Shown in pieces: positions 17,895 through 27,045 of a stretch of 64,000 bases of DNA. The position numbers were made by a program, and so were the translations under genes. The stretch covers positions 11,063 to 75,062 of the forward strand of contig SOJW01000057.1 in NCBI GenBank assembly GCA_004375895.1. The letters run 5' to 3'. A model generated the notes under the pieces. That model worked only from the letters and a program-made list of their open reading frames with translations. It made no database searches and had not been told where the DNA came from. The stretch comes from Candidatus Stahliibacteriota bacterium (GTDB taxonomy: Bacteria > Hydrothermota > Tepidihabitantia > B3-TA06). Every line of letters starts with the position of its first letter. Within the stretch, counting starts at the first letter, position 1.

Positions 17895-18044
17895 AATCTG
17901 GAGTGCAACAACCGCGTTGTTGCCTTTAAGTTGGCTTAAAAGATAAAGCCCTCATCTCGGGGTCCCCGTGAAGCTGCGCAGCAGATTCATGGGGTGATAA
18001 TCTTGACTTCTCCGCTATTCCCATTATCCTTGCCACCTAAGCTC

Positions 18045-18728
18045 ATGAGAATCATCCTCTTTGACATTGACGGCACCCTGCTCAAGGCCGGTGGGATCGT
18101 TAGGGAGGCGATGGGCGATGCTTTAGAAGAGATTTTCAGCACACGCGGGGGGATAGCCGAGGTATCGTTCATAGGCGCAACCGACCTGGGGGTTGTGCAT
18201 GATCTGATGGGGCAGGAAGGCTTCACCGAAGAAGAAATCAACCGGCGTTTCCCAAAACTGATTGAGACATACGGTCGGATAGTCAGGGAGAAACTTTCAA
18301 CCTGGGAGAAGTTCAAGCTCTGCCCCGGAGTCCCCCAGATACTGGAAAAGCTTCAAGGGCAAGGGGCACTTCTGGGTCTTGTTACCGGCAACTGTCAGGT
18401 GGGTGCCGCGGTAAAGCTCGATAGAGGCTCGCTTACCGGATATTTCAGCTTCGGCGCGTTCGGGGACGAGACTACAAATCGTGCCCGGATGTGTGAGTTT
18501 GCCCATAAACGAGGGGAGAAGGAAGCAAGGGAGCAAATCCCAAAGGAGAGGGTAATCCTGGTTGGTGACTCGCCAAACGATATCCGCGCGGCTCGCGCCT
18601 ATGGCATCAGGATGCTGGCCGTCTCAAGTGGATGGATTGGCGCTGAGGAACTGTCCAGACACAATCGGTACTGGCTTTATCCTGTTATTTCGGCCACCTA
18701 TTATATTGTTTATCTTCTATTTGGTTAG
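18045..18728 (+). CDS. HAD-superfamily hydrolase (phosphoglycolate-phosphatase-like)
   Basis: Motif I FDIDGTLL, motif III/IV GDSPNDIRAA. Start moved to MRIILFDIDGTL (18045). Confidence 0.8.
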   Translation: MRIILFDIDGTLLKAGGIVREAMGDALEEIFSTRGGIAEVSFIGATDLGVVHDLMGQEGFTEEEINRRFPKLIETYGRIVREKLSTWEKFKLCPGVPQILEKLQGQGALLGLVTGNCQVGAAVKLDRGSLTGYFSFGAFGDETTNRARMCEFAHKRGEKEAREQIPKERVILVGDSPNDIRAARAYGIRMLAVSSGWIGAEELSRHNRYWLYPVISATYYIVYLLFG

Positions 18729-18754
18729 CAGTTGGGGCACGGATTGCCGTGCCC

Positions 18755-19450
18755 CTACCACGTCTTCCTTAACTTAAACAACATGGCAAGCGAGAGGTAG
18801 TAGAGGAGCGTGGTACGATCCAGAGGCATCTTTTTGAATTGGCCCGGGATAAGTGTATGGAAGAGTGCCTTTTCTATAAAGAAGTGAGGTAACAGCAAGG
18901 AGGTAATCTGCGGGGGCGTAAAGCGGTGAAGGTGGAGGTTCTGAAATCTCAGCCACCCGGCGAACGCGGTGTCGCCCCGGATGCGCTCGCACGGAACCAC
19001 GATGACAGCCGTTCCTTCGCATCTCAGAACGCGACTCATCTCCCCTATCGCTCTTGCAGGATCGGGCAGGTGCTCAAGGAGGTGGACGCACAGCACCTTA
19101 TCAAAGAAACCATCCGCGAAAGGCAAATTACCTGCATCGGCTTCGATCAAGTTAACTGGAGATCCTCTCTGCTTACCCACCTCGATCGCCTCATGATCGG
19201 CGTCCACCCCCCAGAACTCCACCCCTTTTCCAGCGTAGCCTTCGATTCGGTAGCCTGAAGAGCAACCTACCTCCAATAGCTTTTCACCGGGTTGGGGATC
19301 AAGCAGCTTATCAACCATCCTCGCCTCAGCCACACCCCAGGGCAGGAACTCCACCCCTCTGCGGCGCAGACGATGAACTGACGGCATCCCTGATTCTATC
19401 CGGCAAAGAGAACAAGTAAAGCTCCTGGTGGAGTTGAACTTGACAGGCAA
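18755..19450 (-). CDS. class I SAM-dependent methyltransferase
   Basis: 231 aa with SAM motif LLEVGCSSGY and a Methyltransf_11-like core (FDKVLCVHLLEHL). Confidence 0.75.
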   Translation of the reverse strand: MPVKFNSTRSFTCSLCRIESGMPSVHRLRRRGVEFLPWGVAEARMVDKLLDPQPGEKLLEVGCSSGYRIEGYAGKGVEFWGVDADHEAIEVGKQRGSPVNLIEADAGNLPFADGFFDKVLCVHLLEHLPDPARAIGEMSRVLRCEGTAVIVVPCERIRGDTAFAGWLRFQNLHLHRFTPPQITSLLLPHFFIEKALFHTLIPGQFKKMPLDRTTLLYYLSLAMLFKLRKTW

Positions 19451-19467
19451 CGGTTAGAGGTTATTAT
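19440..19467 (+). promoter_or_regulatory. sigma70-type promoter TTGACA-16-TATTAT
   Basis: -35 at 19440-19445 and -10 at 19462-19467. Confidence 0.55.
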
Positions 19468-19497
19468 TCGATGTCAGCCAATCACCAAGGAGGAAGT

Positions 19498-20349
19498 ATG
19501 TTCAAAAAACGTCTTCCGCTGATAATAGCAGGAGTGGCATTTCTTCTCCTGCAAAGCGTCGCTATGGGAACACCCGTAACACCCCTAACACCCGTAACAC
19601 CACTCCCCGAGGATGTTGAACTCGCCTATGACGATGGAACCCCAGAAGTGATTATCAACTGGACATCTGGATCCATCGCAGCGGTAAGAATGACTCCACC
19701 TGCTGGCACATGGAAAATCAAAACCGCACGCTACCTATTAATGGGAGGAGGCAAAGTAAGAATCTTTGAAGATGATTCAGGATACCCTGGCAGAGATCTA
19801 ATCGAAGGGATTCTCATCGAATCGAGCCAGATGGGGTGGAACGATGTTGATCTTGAATCATACAGCATTATGGTGAACGGGGATTTCTACGTGGGTCTTG
19901 AATCTATAGATAGCCTCGGTAGACCTGGTTTAGGAGTTGACACCGCCGGAAATGAGCGTGCTTGGATGTATGACTCTATCTTTGAGAACTGGTCTTATCA
20001 AAAAGATGCCACCTACTTCATACGAGCTGTGGTCACCGATGTGGTAGGCGTGAAGGAGGAACTGGCTCCGAAATCGGTGACAGATGTAAACTGCTCTCCC
20101 AATCCCTTCTCCCAATCAACAATAATCAGCTACGCGCTGCCCCAAGCAGGTCGAGTAACCGTCAGCATCTGGGATGCAAGCGGGCGACGTGTGCGTATCC
20201 TGATCGATGCCAATGAGGCTGGCGGCAACCACTCGGTCGAATGGGATGGCGCGGATAATGCAGGTAATCTGCTGCCCACAGGGGTTTATTTCTTGAAACT
20301 CGATACAAACCAATCCACACTCACCCGAAAGGTGGTGCTTGTCCGGTAA
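19498..20349 (+). CDS. secreted hypothetical protein with T9SS C-terminal sorting domain
   Basis: Start moved to 19498 (RBS AAGGAGG; signal MFKKRLPLIIAGVAFLLLQSVAMG). C-terminus SPNPFSQSTIISYALPQAGRVTVSIWDASGRRV ... GVYFLKLDTNQSTLTRKVVLVR. The post-signal TPVTPLTPVTPLP segment is encoded by the CCCGTAAC repeat. Confidence 0.7.
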   Translation: MFKKRLPLIIAGVAFLLLQSVAMGTPVTPLTPVTPLPEDVELAYDDGTPEVIINWTSGSIAAVRMTPPAGTWKIKTARYLLMGGGKVRIFEDDSGYPGRDLIEGILIESSQMGWNDVDLESYSIMVNGDFYVGLESIDSLGRPGLGVDTAGNERAWMYDSIFENWSYQKDATYFIRAVVTDVVGVKEELAPKSVTDVNCSPNPFSQSTIISYALPQAGRVTVSIWDASGRRVRILIDANEAGGNHSVEWDGADNAGNLLPTGVYFLKLDTNQSTLTRKVVLVR

Positions 20350-20505
20350 CCCGTAACCCGTAACACACCCGTACCCCTTCGGGGCATTCTCATTATTACT
20401 TGGAGCTAACGCTCCAGAACATCTAAGGATATACCCTTGCGGGGCATCTCCATAACTTCCTGGGGCTAACGCCCCTTAATCAAGGATATAACACCCGTAA
20501 CACTC
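20346..20505 (+). repeat. composite repeat: GTAACCC heptamers + two ~67-bp double-hairpin modules + heptamer tail
   Basis: gtaaccc gtaaccc gtaacac, then module 20368-20433 (ACCCC-TTCG-GGGG hairpin, GGAGC-TAAC-GCTCC hairpin), then module 20434-20491 (GGGGC-TAAC-GCCCC). Homologous to 36808-36970. Confidence 0.85.
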
Positions 20506-20532
20506 ATTACCTCCTTAGGATACAGGAACAGC

Positions 20533-20560
20533 TTGACAGCAGGCCTTTTTGAACTAGTAT
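20533..20560 (+). promoter_or_regulatory. sigma70-type promoter TTGACA-16-TAGTAT
   Basis: Upstream of the S8 peptidase gene (RBS AAAGGAG at 20576-20582, TTG start at 20588). Confidence 0.45.
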
Positions 20561-20587
20561 CTAATCCGAACGAACAAAGGAGCAAGC

Positions 20588-22216
20588 TTGAAATATCTCA
20601 CAGCCTCAGTGTTAATTCTGGCCATAGTACCTGCTGTATTGATCGCGGGTACTGACCACTCGACGTTTAACCTTGAGGACCCTGAGCTGTACGCACAGGG
20701 GTATATCACCGTCCGATTTGCCGATGGCGTGGATCTCGATGGGATACAATCCGCACTGGCTGTCACGGGAGCGGTAGAGGTTCGCAGGATCGAACAACTC
20801 AACGCCATCCAGCTCACCATCCCGGATGAAGCGGACATTCGAGATGCACTCAGCTACTACGAGTCGCGCCCCGACGTTCTCTACGCCCAACCGGTAGCTA
20901 TCCGCCGGGTCTTCTGGACCCCAAATGATCCACTTTTCCCCCGGCAGTGGCACTTTGATCGAGATCACATCAACATGCCTGCGGCTTGGAACAAGGAGAA
21001 AGGTTCGTCTACGGTGATCGTTGCAATCGTGGATACCGGAATCGCCTACGAGGAGTATCCTATCCCTGAATATGAAGCAGGTGAGGTTACCTCCAGCGAC
21101 GACTACTACCACATGGCCCCGGACTTCACCGCTTCACAGTTTGTTGCTGGATATGACATCGTCCACGAAGATGAGCATCCAAACGATCAGTGGGGGCACG
21201 GTACTCACGTAGCCGGCACAGTGGCGCAGGCCACCAACAACGGGATCGGCACCGCCGGTATGGCGCCGGACTGCAAGCTTATGCCGGTCCAAGTAATGAA
21301 TTACACCGGCTCAGGATACGACTTCTGGATTGCGGATGGAATCACGTGGGCCGCAGATCACGGAGCCGACGTCATCAACCTCAGCCTCGGCGGAGCTCCG
21401 GGCCAGTCCTCGGAGATCGAACACGACGCCATCATCTACGCGCACAATAAGGGAGTGGTCATTGTCGCCTCCGCAGGCAACAGCTTTGTCGGCATACTCA
21501 GCTATCCTGCCCGCTTCGAGGAGTGCATAGCGGTCGCCGCCACAAACTACAACGACACCCGCGCGATCTATTCCCAATACGGAACAGGCCTCGACATCTC
21601 AGCACCCGGTGGTGCTACCTATGAGGATAAGAACAGCGATGGCTACCCTGACGGTGTGCTTCAGTGCACCTATCGTTACCCAGGGGATAATCACAGTGGA
21701 GCTGAGGTGGATGAGTTTGCTTATCATTTCTGGCAGGGCACCTCGATGGCTGCACCACACGTGTCCGGGCTGGCAGCGTTATTGATCAGCCACGGGATTA
21801 CCGGGGTAGATAACGTAAAGGATGCCATCTACACCACCGCCCGCGATCTCGGCACTTCCGGCTACGACAAGGTTTACGGCTGGGGAATGATTGATCCTGT
21901 GGAGGCACTTGACTACGTCGCCGTTTCTGAAAAGCCAGAACCTGCAAATATATCAGTATTCTCTACCAGTCTCTTCTCTAACTCAACCCGGATTAACTAC
22001 ACGCTTCCTGCGGATGGTCAAGTAACCCTTACCGTCTGGGACGCCAGCGGCAGGCGGGTCAGAACCCTGGTTGATTCCCATCAGGCTTCGGGTACACACT
22101 CGATCCAATGGGACGGCACCGACGATAACGGACGCCCCTTGTCTCAAGGCGTCTATTTCTGCCGGATTAATACCTCCGGATCCACACTTACTCAAAAGAT
22201 GGTGCTTGTGAAGTAA
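20588..22216 (+). CDS. S8 (subtilisin) family serine peptidase with T9SS C-terminal sorting domain
   Basis: 542 aa with catalytic motifs VAIVDTGI, HGTHVAGT and GTSMAAPHVSG. C-terminus GQVTLTVWDASGRRV ... GVYFCRINTSGSTLTQKMVLVK. Confidence 0.92.
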   Translation: MKYLTASVLILAIVPAVLIAGTDHSTFNLEDPELYAQGYITVRFADGVDLDGIQSALAVTGAVEVRRIEQLNAIQLTIPDEADIRDALSYYESRPDVLYAQPVAIRRVFWTPNDPLFPRQWHFDRDHINMPAAWNKEKGSSTVIVAIVDTGIAYEEYPIPEYEAGEVTSSDDYYHMAPDFTASQFVAGYDIVHEDEHPNDQWGHGTHVAGTVAQATNNGIGTAGMAPDCKLMPVQVMNYTGSGYDFWIADGITWAADHGADVINLSLGGAPGQSSEIEHDAIIYAHNKGVVIVASAGNSFVGILSYPARFEECIAVAATNYNDTRAIYSQYGTGLDISAPGGATYEDKNSDGYPDGVLQCTYRYPGDNHSGAEVDEFAYHFWQGTSMAAPHVSGLAALLISHGITGVDNVKDAIYTTARDLGTSGYDKVYGWGMIDPVEALDYVAVSEKPEPANISVFSTSLFSNSTRINYTLPADGQVTLTVWDASGRRVRTLVDSHQASGTHSIQWDGTDDNGRPLSQGVYFCRINTSGSTLTQKMVLVK

Positions 22217-22239
22217 CCCGTAACACCCGCAACACACCC
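22213..22239. repeat. CCCGTAAC-family heptamer run, with an inverted partner at 22355-22378
   Basis: gtaacccgtaacacccgcaacacaccc starts on the stop codon of the S8 gene. The inverted gtgtgttacgggttacgggacggg lies 115 bp downstream. Confidence 0.8.
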
Positions 22240-22378
22240 TAATCTCACCACTTGTGACGGGGGTGCTGCATCTTGATAGATTGAGACATTAGCCGCCTCC
22301 ATTCCATGCTAATCCGGGGTCCCCAGATAAACGCCTTGCGTTTGTCTGGGGCAGGTGTGTTACGGGTTACGGGACGGG

Positions 22379-22407
22379 TTGACATCTGGGGACTCTTTCG
22401 GTAAGAT
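22379..22407 (+). promoter_or_regulatory. sigma70-type promoter TTGACA-17-TAAGAT
   Basis: Upstream of tdh. Confidence 0.45.
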
Positions 22408-22437
22408 AGCAAAGATTTTCGAAACCATGGAGATAAT

Positions 22438-23577
22438 GTGGCAAAGATGAAAGCGGTCGTTAAGATAAGGCCGGAGAGGGGCGGCACAGAATTGCAGGAT
22501 GTTGATGCTCCCACTATCAAACCTGACGAGGTGCTGGTTCGTGTCCAAGCCACCTCGATCTGCGGAACCGACGTTCATATCTACGAGTGGAACCCTTGGG
22601 CGCAGCGAAGGATAGGCGAAAAACGTCTACCCCAGATACTGGGGCACGAGGTTGCAGGTGAGGTGGTCGAGGTCGGAGCGTCGGTACGCAGTATAAAGAA
22701 AGGCGATTATATCTCCTCGGAGACCCACATCTACGATCCGGGTGATCTCACCTCGCTCTTGGGCCAGCGTCATATAGGCGAGCACATGCAGATACTTGGC
22801 GTTGACCGCGACGGGGTGTTCGCAGAGTACGTGATGGTCCCTGAACGGGTCTGCTGGGTAAACGCCCGCTCGATCCCGCCGGAGTTTGCAAGCGTGCAGG
22901 AACCGTTAGGCAACGGGGTATACGCTGTGTTGGGTGAGGATGCAGACGTTGCAGGCAAGAGCATGGTTATCGTGGGCGACGGCCCCACCGCGCTGTTTGC
23001 AACCGGTGTCGCCAGAGCGTGCGGCGTGGCGAAGATCATCCTTGTAGGTTATTCTGATTTCAATATGGATATAGCAAAAAAGATGGGTGCGGACTATATC
23101 CTTGATATAAAGAAATCGACCATGGAGGAGCGTCATCAATTCATATTGGAGCAGACCGGCGGCTACGGGGTGGATATATCGCTTGAGATGGTGGGTGGTG
23201 AGGTTCCCATCACCGAGGCGTTCACCCATCTGCGCAAGGGGGGACGCCTGACTGCATTCGGCATAACAACCGAGGCAGCGGTGCCCATAGATTACAACAA
23301 CTGGATTGTGTTCAAGGGCGCTCAGATCCACGGCATCAACGGCCGCAAGGTATTCGACACATGGTACAGGATGCGTGGACTGCTCGCAGGAGGAAGACTT
23401 GACATCTCTCCAGTGATCACGCACGTGATGGCGCTCGAGGCGTACGAGAAGGGTTTCGAGATGCTTCTAGCAGAACCTCGGCTGGCGGCAAAGATCGTGC
23501 TCTTCCCGGATCACGGTGAGCTGAAAGCGGCAAAGGAGAGATTATCGGAGAAGCGGGATATGCCCGCGGCGGATTAG
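22438..23577 (+). CDS. tdh: L-threonine 3-dehydrogenase (zinc-dependent MDR family)
   Basis: 379 aa. The N-terminus aligns with Tdh (ICGTDVHIYEWNPWAQ ... GHEVAGEVVEVG). GTG start at 22438, or alternatively ATG at 22447. Confidence 0.88.
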   Translation: MAKMKAVVKIRPERGGTELQDVDAPTIKPDEVLVRVQATSICGTDVHIYEWNPWAQRRIGEKRLPQILGHEVAGEVVEVGASVRSIKKGDYISSETHIYDPGDLTSLLGQRHIGEHMQILGVDRDGVFAEYVMVPERVCWVNARSIPPEFASVQEPLGNGVYAVLGEDADVAGKSMVIVGDGPTALFATGVARACGVAKIILVGYSDFNMDIAKKMGADYILDIKKSTMEERHQFILEQTGGYGVDISLEMVGGEVPITEAFTHLRKGGRLTAFGITTEAAVPIDYNNWIVFKGAQIHGINGRKVFDTWYRMRGLLAGGRLDISPVITHVMALEAYEKGFEMLLAEPRLAAKIVLFPDHGELKAAKERLSEKRDMPAAD

Positions 23578-23771
23578 GAAATTGAAAGAGCCATTTGTAA
23601 ACGGCTACCCTTATTTTCCCCTCCCCCTTGATTCCCCTCCCCCTTGATCCCCCTCCACAAGGGAGGGGGAAATGGCAGGGAATCCTCCACTAAGGAGGAG
23701 GAAATAAAAGAGGATGCTATCAACGTAGTCTCCCCTCTCCTGGTGGGATGGGGAAAGTAAAAAAGGAGTTT

Positions 23772-24191
23772 ATGAAACGAAGATTGACACCCACTGCCCG
23801 AAGTCTTAGAAAGCGCATGTCTGACGCTGAGATTAAACTCTGGAAATACTTGAGTCGAAAACAACCAGGCGTAATCTTCAGACGGCAATACCCTATAGGG
23901 AAATACATTGTTGATTTTGTCTCGTTCGATGCTAAGGTAGTCATTGAAGTTGACGGCGGTCAGCATGCCGATTCTAAAACCGACAAATCCAGAGACGAAT
24001 GCTTTGCTTCTCAAGGCTTTAGGGTGCTCCGATTCTGGAATAACGATGTTCTCAGAAACATTGAGGAAGTGATAGAGGCAATAAGCAAAGCGGTTTCCCC
24101 TCCCCTGGTGGGAGGGGTCGGTGACTCGAAGAGACACCGGGGGAAGGGGACCAATAAGATTAATTATTTGTATCGTGAACTGAATCCCTAA
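23772..24191 (+). CDS. DUF559 (Vsr-like endonuclease fold) protein
   Basis: ARSLRKRMSDAEIKLWKYLSRKQ ... FRRQYPIGKYIVDFV ... VIEVDGGQH ... RVLRFWNNDV. Start moved to 23772 (RBS AAAGGAG). The C-terminal ~30 codons run through an H4 hairpin repeat. Confidence 0.8.
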   Translation: MKRRLTPTARSLRKRMSDAEIKLWKYLSRKQPGVIFRRQYPIGKYIVDFVSFDAKVVIEVDGGQHADSKTDKSRDECFASQGFRVLRFWNNDVLRNIEEVIEAISKAVSPPLVGGVGDSKRHRGKGTNKINYLYRELNP

Positions 24192-24206
24192 GGAGGAAAG
24201 AAGTAA

Positions 24207-25907
24207 ATGAGCAACATCGGGAACTACGAGGAGCGCTACAAGAACTTTGACTGGGCCCAGGCGCAAGAACACCTGGGATACAAGGAAGGCGATTTCTTAA
24301 ACATAGGCTACTACTGTTCAGACCGCATCTGTGATCAGGGTAAGGCGGACAAATTAGCCCTTATCTGGGAAGGCTCCGACGGCACCGTAAAGAAATATAC
24401 GTTTAATGACATCCGGGTACTCTCCAACACCTACGCCAAGTTCCTGAAGGATTCAGGTATCGAGAAGGGCGACCGGGTATGTATATTTATGGACCGGATC
24501 CCGGATCTCTACATCTCACTACTGGGAATCCTCAAGATCGGTGCCATAGCCCAACCCCTGTTCTCCGCCTTCGGCCCTGAATCGCTTATAACCCGTCTTG
24601 CCAACGCCGAGACCAAGGCAGTCCTCACTACCCGCAAACACGTATCCAAGGTTCGCAAGATAAAGTCCGATCTGCCCGCTTTAGAGCACGTAATCATTGT
24701 TGACGGCGAGCCAAAGAAGAAAGTCCCCGGTGAGATAGTCTTCGAACTGGAGAAGGCGGAACCGGTTGAAGAGTTTGAGAGCTTTGCAGCCGATCTGGAA
24801 ACCCCGTCCATCCTGCATTACACCTCGGGAACCACCGGTCAGCCCAAAGGAGCCTTGCACGTTCACTCCTCCATATTCGCCCAGGCTGTCACCACGCGCT
24901 GGGTGCTGGATCTTGCCGATTCGGATATCTACTGGTGCACAGCCGACCCTGGCTGGGTCACCGGAACCTCATACGGCATCATCGGCCCATGGTCTTTAGG
25001 TATCACCCAGGTGGTGCTCGATGCAGGCTTCATCCCTGACCGCTGGTACAAGTTTATTCAAGACCACAAGGTGACCGTGTGGTACTCGGCACCGACCGCG
25101 ATCCGCATGCTCATGAAGCAAGGGGAAGAGATCGTTAAGAAATACGACCTCTCTTCGTTGAGGTATCTGGCGAGTGTGGGTGAACCCCTAAACGCGGAGG
25201 CGGTGCACTGGTCGCGCGAGGCATACGGACTCCCCTTCAACGATAACTTCTGGCAGACCGAGACAGGCTCGATCGTCATCTCCAACTACCCTGGGATGGA
25301 GATAAAACCCGGTTCCATGGGCAGGCCCTTCCCCGGCATCACCGCGACCGTGCTGGATTTAAAGACCCACGAGCCGATCACCGAACCGGGCAAGGTCGGG
25401 CTTATCGCCTTAAAACCCGGCTGGCCCTCGATGTTCCGTGCCTACTGGAGGAACGAAGAGGTTTACAAATCCAAATTCGACAAGGGCTGGTACATCTGCG
25501 GCGACCGCGCGTCAATAGATAAGGATGGCTACTTCTGGTTCGTGGGTAGAGACGATGATGTCATCAATACAGGTGGACATCTGGTCGGCCCTTTTGAGAT
25601 CGAGTCGGCACTTCTTGAGCATCCTGCGGTAGCAGAGTCCGCGGCGGTTGGCAAGCCGGATGAGGTCAACATGGAGGTTGTCAAGGCGTTCGTGGCCTTA
25701 AAGCCCGGATTCGAACCATCAGACGACCTCGAGCTCAATATCATGAACTTCATCCGCAAGAGGCTTTCGCCGCTGGCGATGCCGCAGGAAATTGAATTTG
25801 TTTCCTCGCTGCCCAAGACCCGTTCCGGCAAGATCATGCGCCGGGTCCTGCGCGCCCAGGAATGGGGCGAGGAGGTCGGCGACATCTCGACCCTTGAGGA
25901 CGACTAA
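24207..25907 (+). CDS. acs: AMP-forming acetyl/acyl-CoA synthetase
   Basis: 566 aa with AMP-binding signature YTSGTTGQPKG and a C-terminal LPKTRSGKIMRR. Similar in length and layout to AcsA. Confidence 0.85.
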   Translation: MSNIGNYEERYKNFDWAQAQEHLGYKEGDFLNIGYYCSDRICDQGKADKLALIWEGSDGTVKKYTFNDIRVLSNTYAKFLKDSGIEKGDRVCIFMDRIPDLYISLLGILKIGAIAQPLFSAFGPESLITRLANAETKAVLTTRKHVSKVRKIKSDLPALEHVIIVDGEPKKKVPGEIVFELEKAEPVEEFESFAADLETPSILHYTSGTTGQPKGALHVHSSIFAQAVTTRWVLDLADSDIYWCTADPGWVTGTSYGIIGPWSLGITQVVLDAGFIPDRWYKFIQDHKVTVWYSAPTAIRMLMKQGEEIVKKYDLSSLRYLASVGEPLNAEAVHWSREAYGLPFNDNFWQTETGSIVISNYPGMEIKPGSMGRPFPGITATVLDLKTHEPITEPGKVGLIALKPGWPSMFRAYWRNEEVYKSKFDKGWYICGDRASIDKDGYFWFVGRDDDVINTGGHLVGPFEIESALLEHPAVAESAAVGKPDEVNMEVVKAFVALKPGFEPSDDLELNIMNFIRKRLSPLAMPQEIEFVSSLPKTRSGKIMRRVLRAQEWGEEVGDISTLEDD

Positions 25908-25941
25908 GTCACCTGAAATCATTAACTTACAATAAATGAAG

Positions 25942-25974
25942 GGGCCGGTTTTGAAACCGGCCCTTACACTTTTT
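25942..25974 (+). terminator. putative intrinsic terminator after acs
   Basis: GGGCCGGTT-TTGA-AACCGGCCC stem-loop followed by a T5 run 6 nt downstream. Confidence 0.5.
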
Positions 25975-26090
25975 CAAGCCGGCGAGCGCACTTTTCGCGG
26001 CACGATTTTTGCTTAAAGTTAGCACCAACTCGTCAGGTTTGAATGGCATTCGGCGCATTTTTTGGGGTATTTTGAAGTGTTTTGGGGTGA

Positions 26091-26174
26091 ATCCCCGCCC
26101 CCTTTATCCCCCTACCCTATGGGGTGCAGTAAAGTTAGCACCCCAAGGGGCACACTGTCCACCGAGGAGGGGGA
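26091..26174 (+). repeat. H2 hairpin repeat copy A1 (stem GGGGTGC/GCACCCC)
   Basis: Near-identical to 26962-27045. Confidence 0.9.
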
Positions 26175-26270
26175 AACCTCAATCGTCGCAAGTTCCACTT
26201 CCCTTGTGGCGAAGTGCCCCCGATGGGTAAAGGGGTCGGCAACTCGCAGAGTTGGCGGGGGAAGGGGGAG

Positions 26271-26426
26271 GAATTATTTTGATCCCTCCGACCGCTCTTA
26301 GGAGCGGCCACCTCCCTTAAATCCCCCCGCCCTTCGCACCCCCCTTCAGAAGGGGGGCAAAGCAGTCCCCCTTACTAAGTGCGATACAGGGGGATTCGAC
26401 AAGGGGCTTAAGCCCATTGTCTAGCT
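26271..26426 (+). repeat. ~156-bp direct repeat B1
   Basis: Near-identical to 26778-26938 (a few substitutions and a 2-3 nt indel). Contains hairpins GACCGCTC-TTAG-GAGCGG(C/T)C and CCCCCC-TTCAGAA-GGGGGG. Confidence 0.9.
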
Positions 26427-26777
26427 TTTCATCCTCCAACCCTCACCCTTAATCCCTCTCCCGAATGGAGAGGGAAGTTATTGTACTCCCTTCTCCCTCT
26501 GGGAGAAGAGTTGGGGATGAGGGAAACTTTAGATCAGCCCGAAGTTTAATGTGGGCGGGCTTTAATCATCTTCAAAGTTGGTGACTTACGTATAGTACCG
26601 GATTTCTTGAGTGTGCCGTATATGAGATCCCCACCCTCCCCCCCCCCCAACGGCGGCGGACGGACGGTCGCGATGACACCCCCTCTTTAATTCTCCCCCG
26701 TCAAGGGGGAGATAGTATTGGGTTATCGTGATGTCTCTAAGTCACCCCTCCCCTGGTGGGAGGGGGTAGGGGGAGGG

Positions 26778-26938
26778 GAAATTATCTTTTGATCCCTCCG
26801 ACCGCTCTTAGGAGCGGTCACCTCCCTTAAATCCCCCCGCCCTTCGGGCACCCCCCTTCAGAAGGGGGGCAAAGCAGTCCCCCTTACTAAGTGCGATACA
26901 GGGGGATTCGACAAGGGGCTTAAACTCATTGTCTAGCT
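26778..26938 (+). repeat. ~160-bp direct repeat B2
   Basis: Second copy of B1. Confidence 0.9.
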
Positions 26939-26961
26939 GATTTCGTTTTCTTCCTCTTTGT

Positions 26962-27045
26962 ATCCCCGCCCCCTTTATCCCCCTACCCTATGGGGTGCAG
27001 TAAAGTTAGCACCCCAAGGGGCACACTGTCCACCAGGGAGGGGGA
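26962..27045 (+). repeat. H2 hairpin repeat copy A2
   Basis: Second copy of A1. Confidence 0.9.

Noticed and set aside
26380-26420. GGGGGATTCGACAAGGGG, reminiscent of the conserved GGATTCGAC near the 5' end of tmRNA (also at 26901-26915 and 51396-51410)
   Set aside because: It lies inside the duplicated repeat B, so it is present twice. There is no tRNA-like acceptor/T-arm partner, no tag reading frame and no CCA-proximal 3' half nearby.
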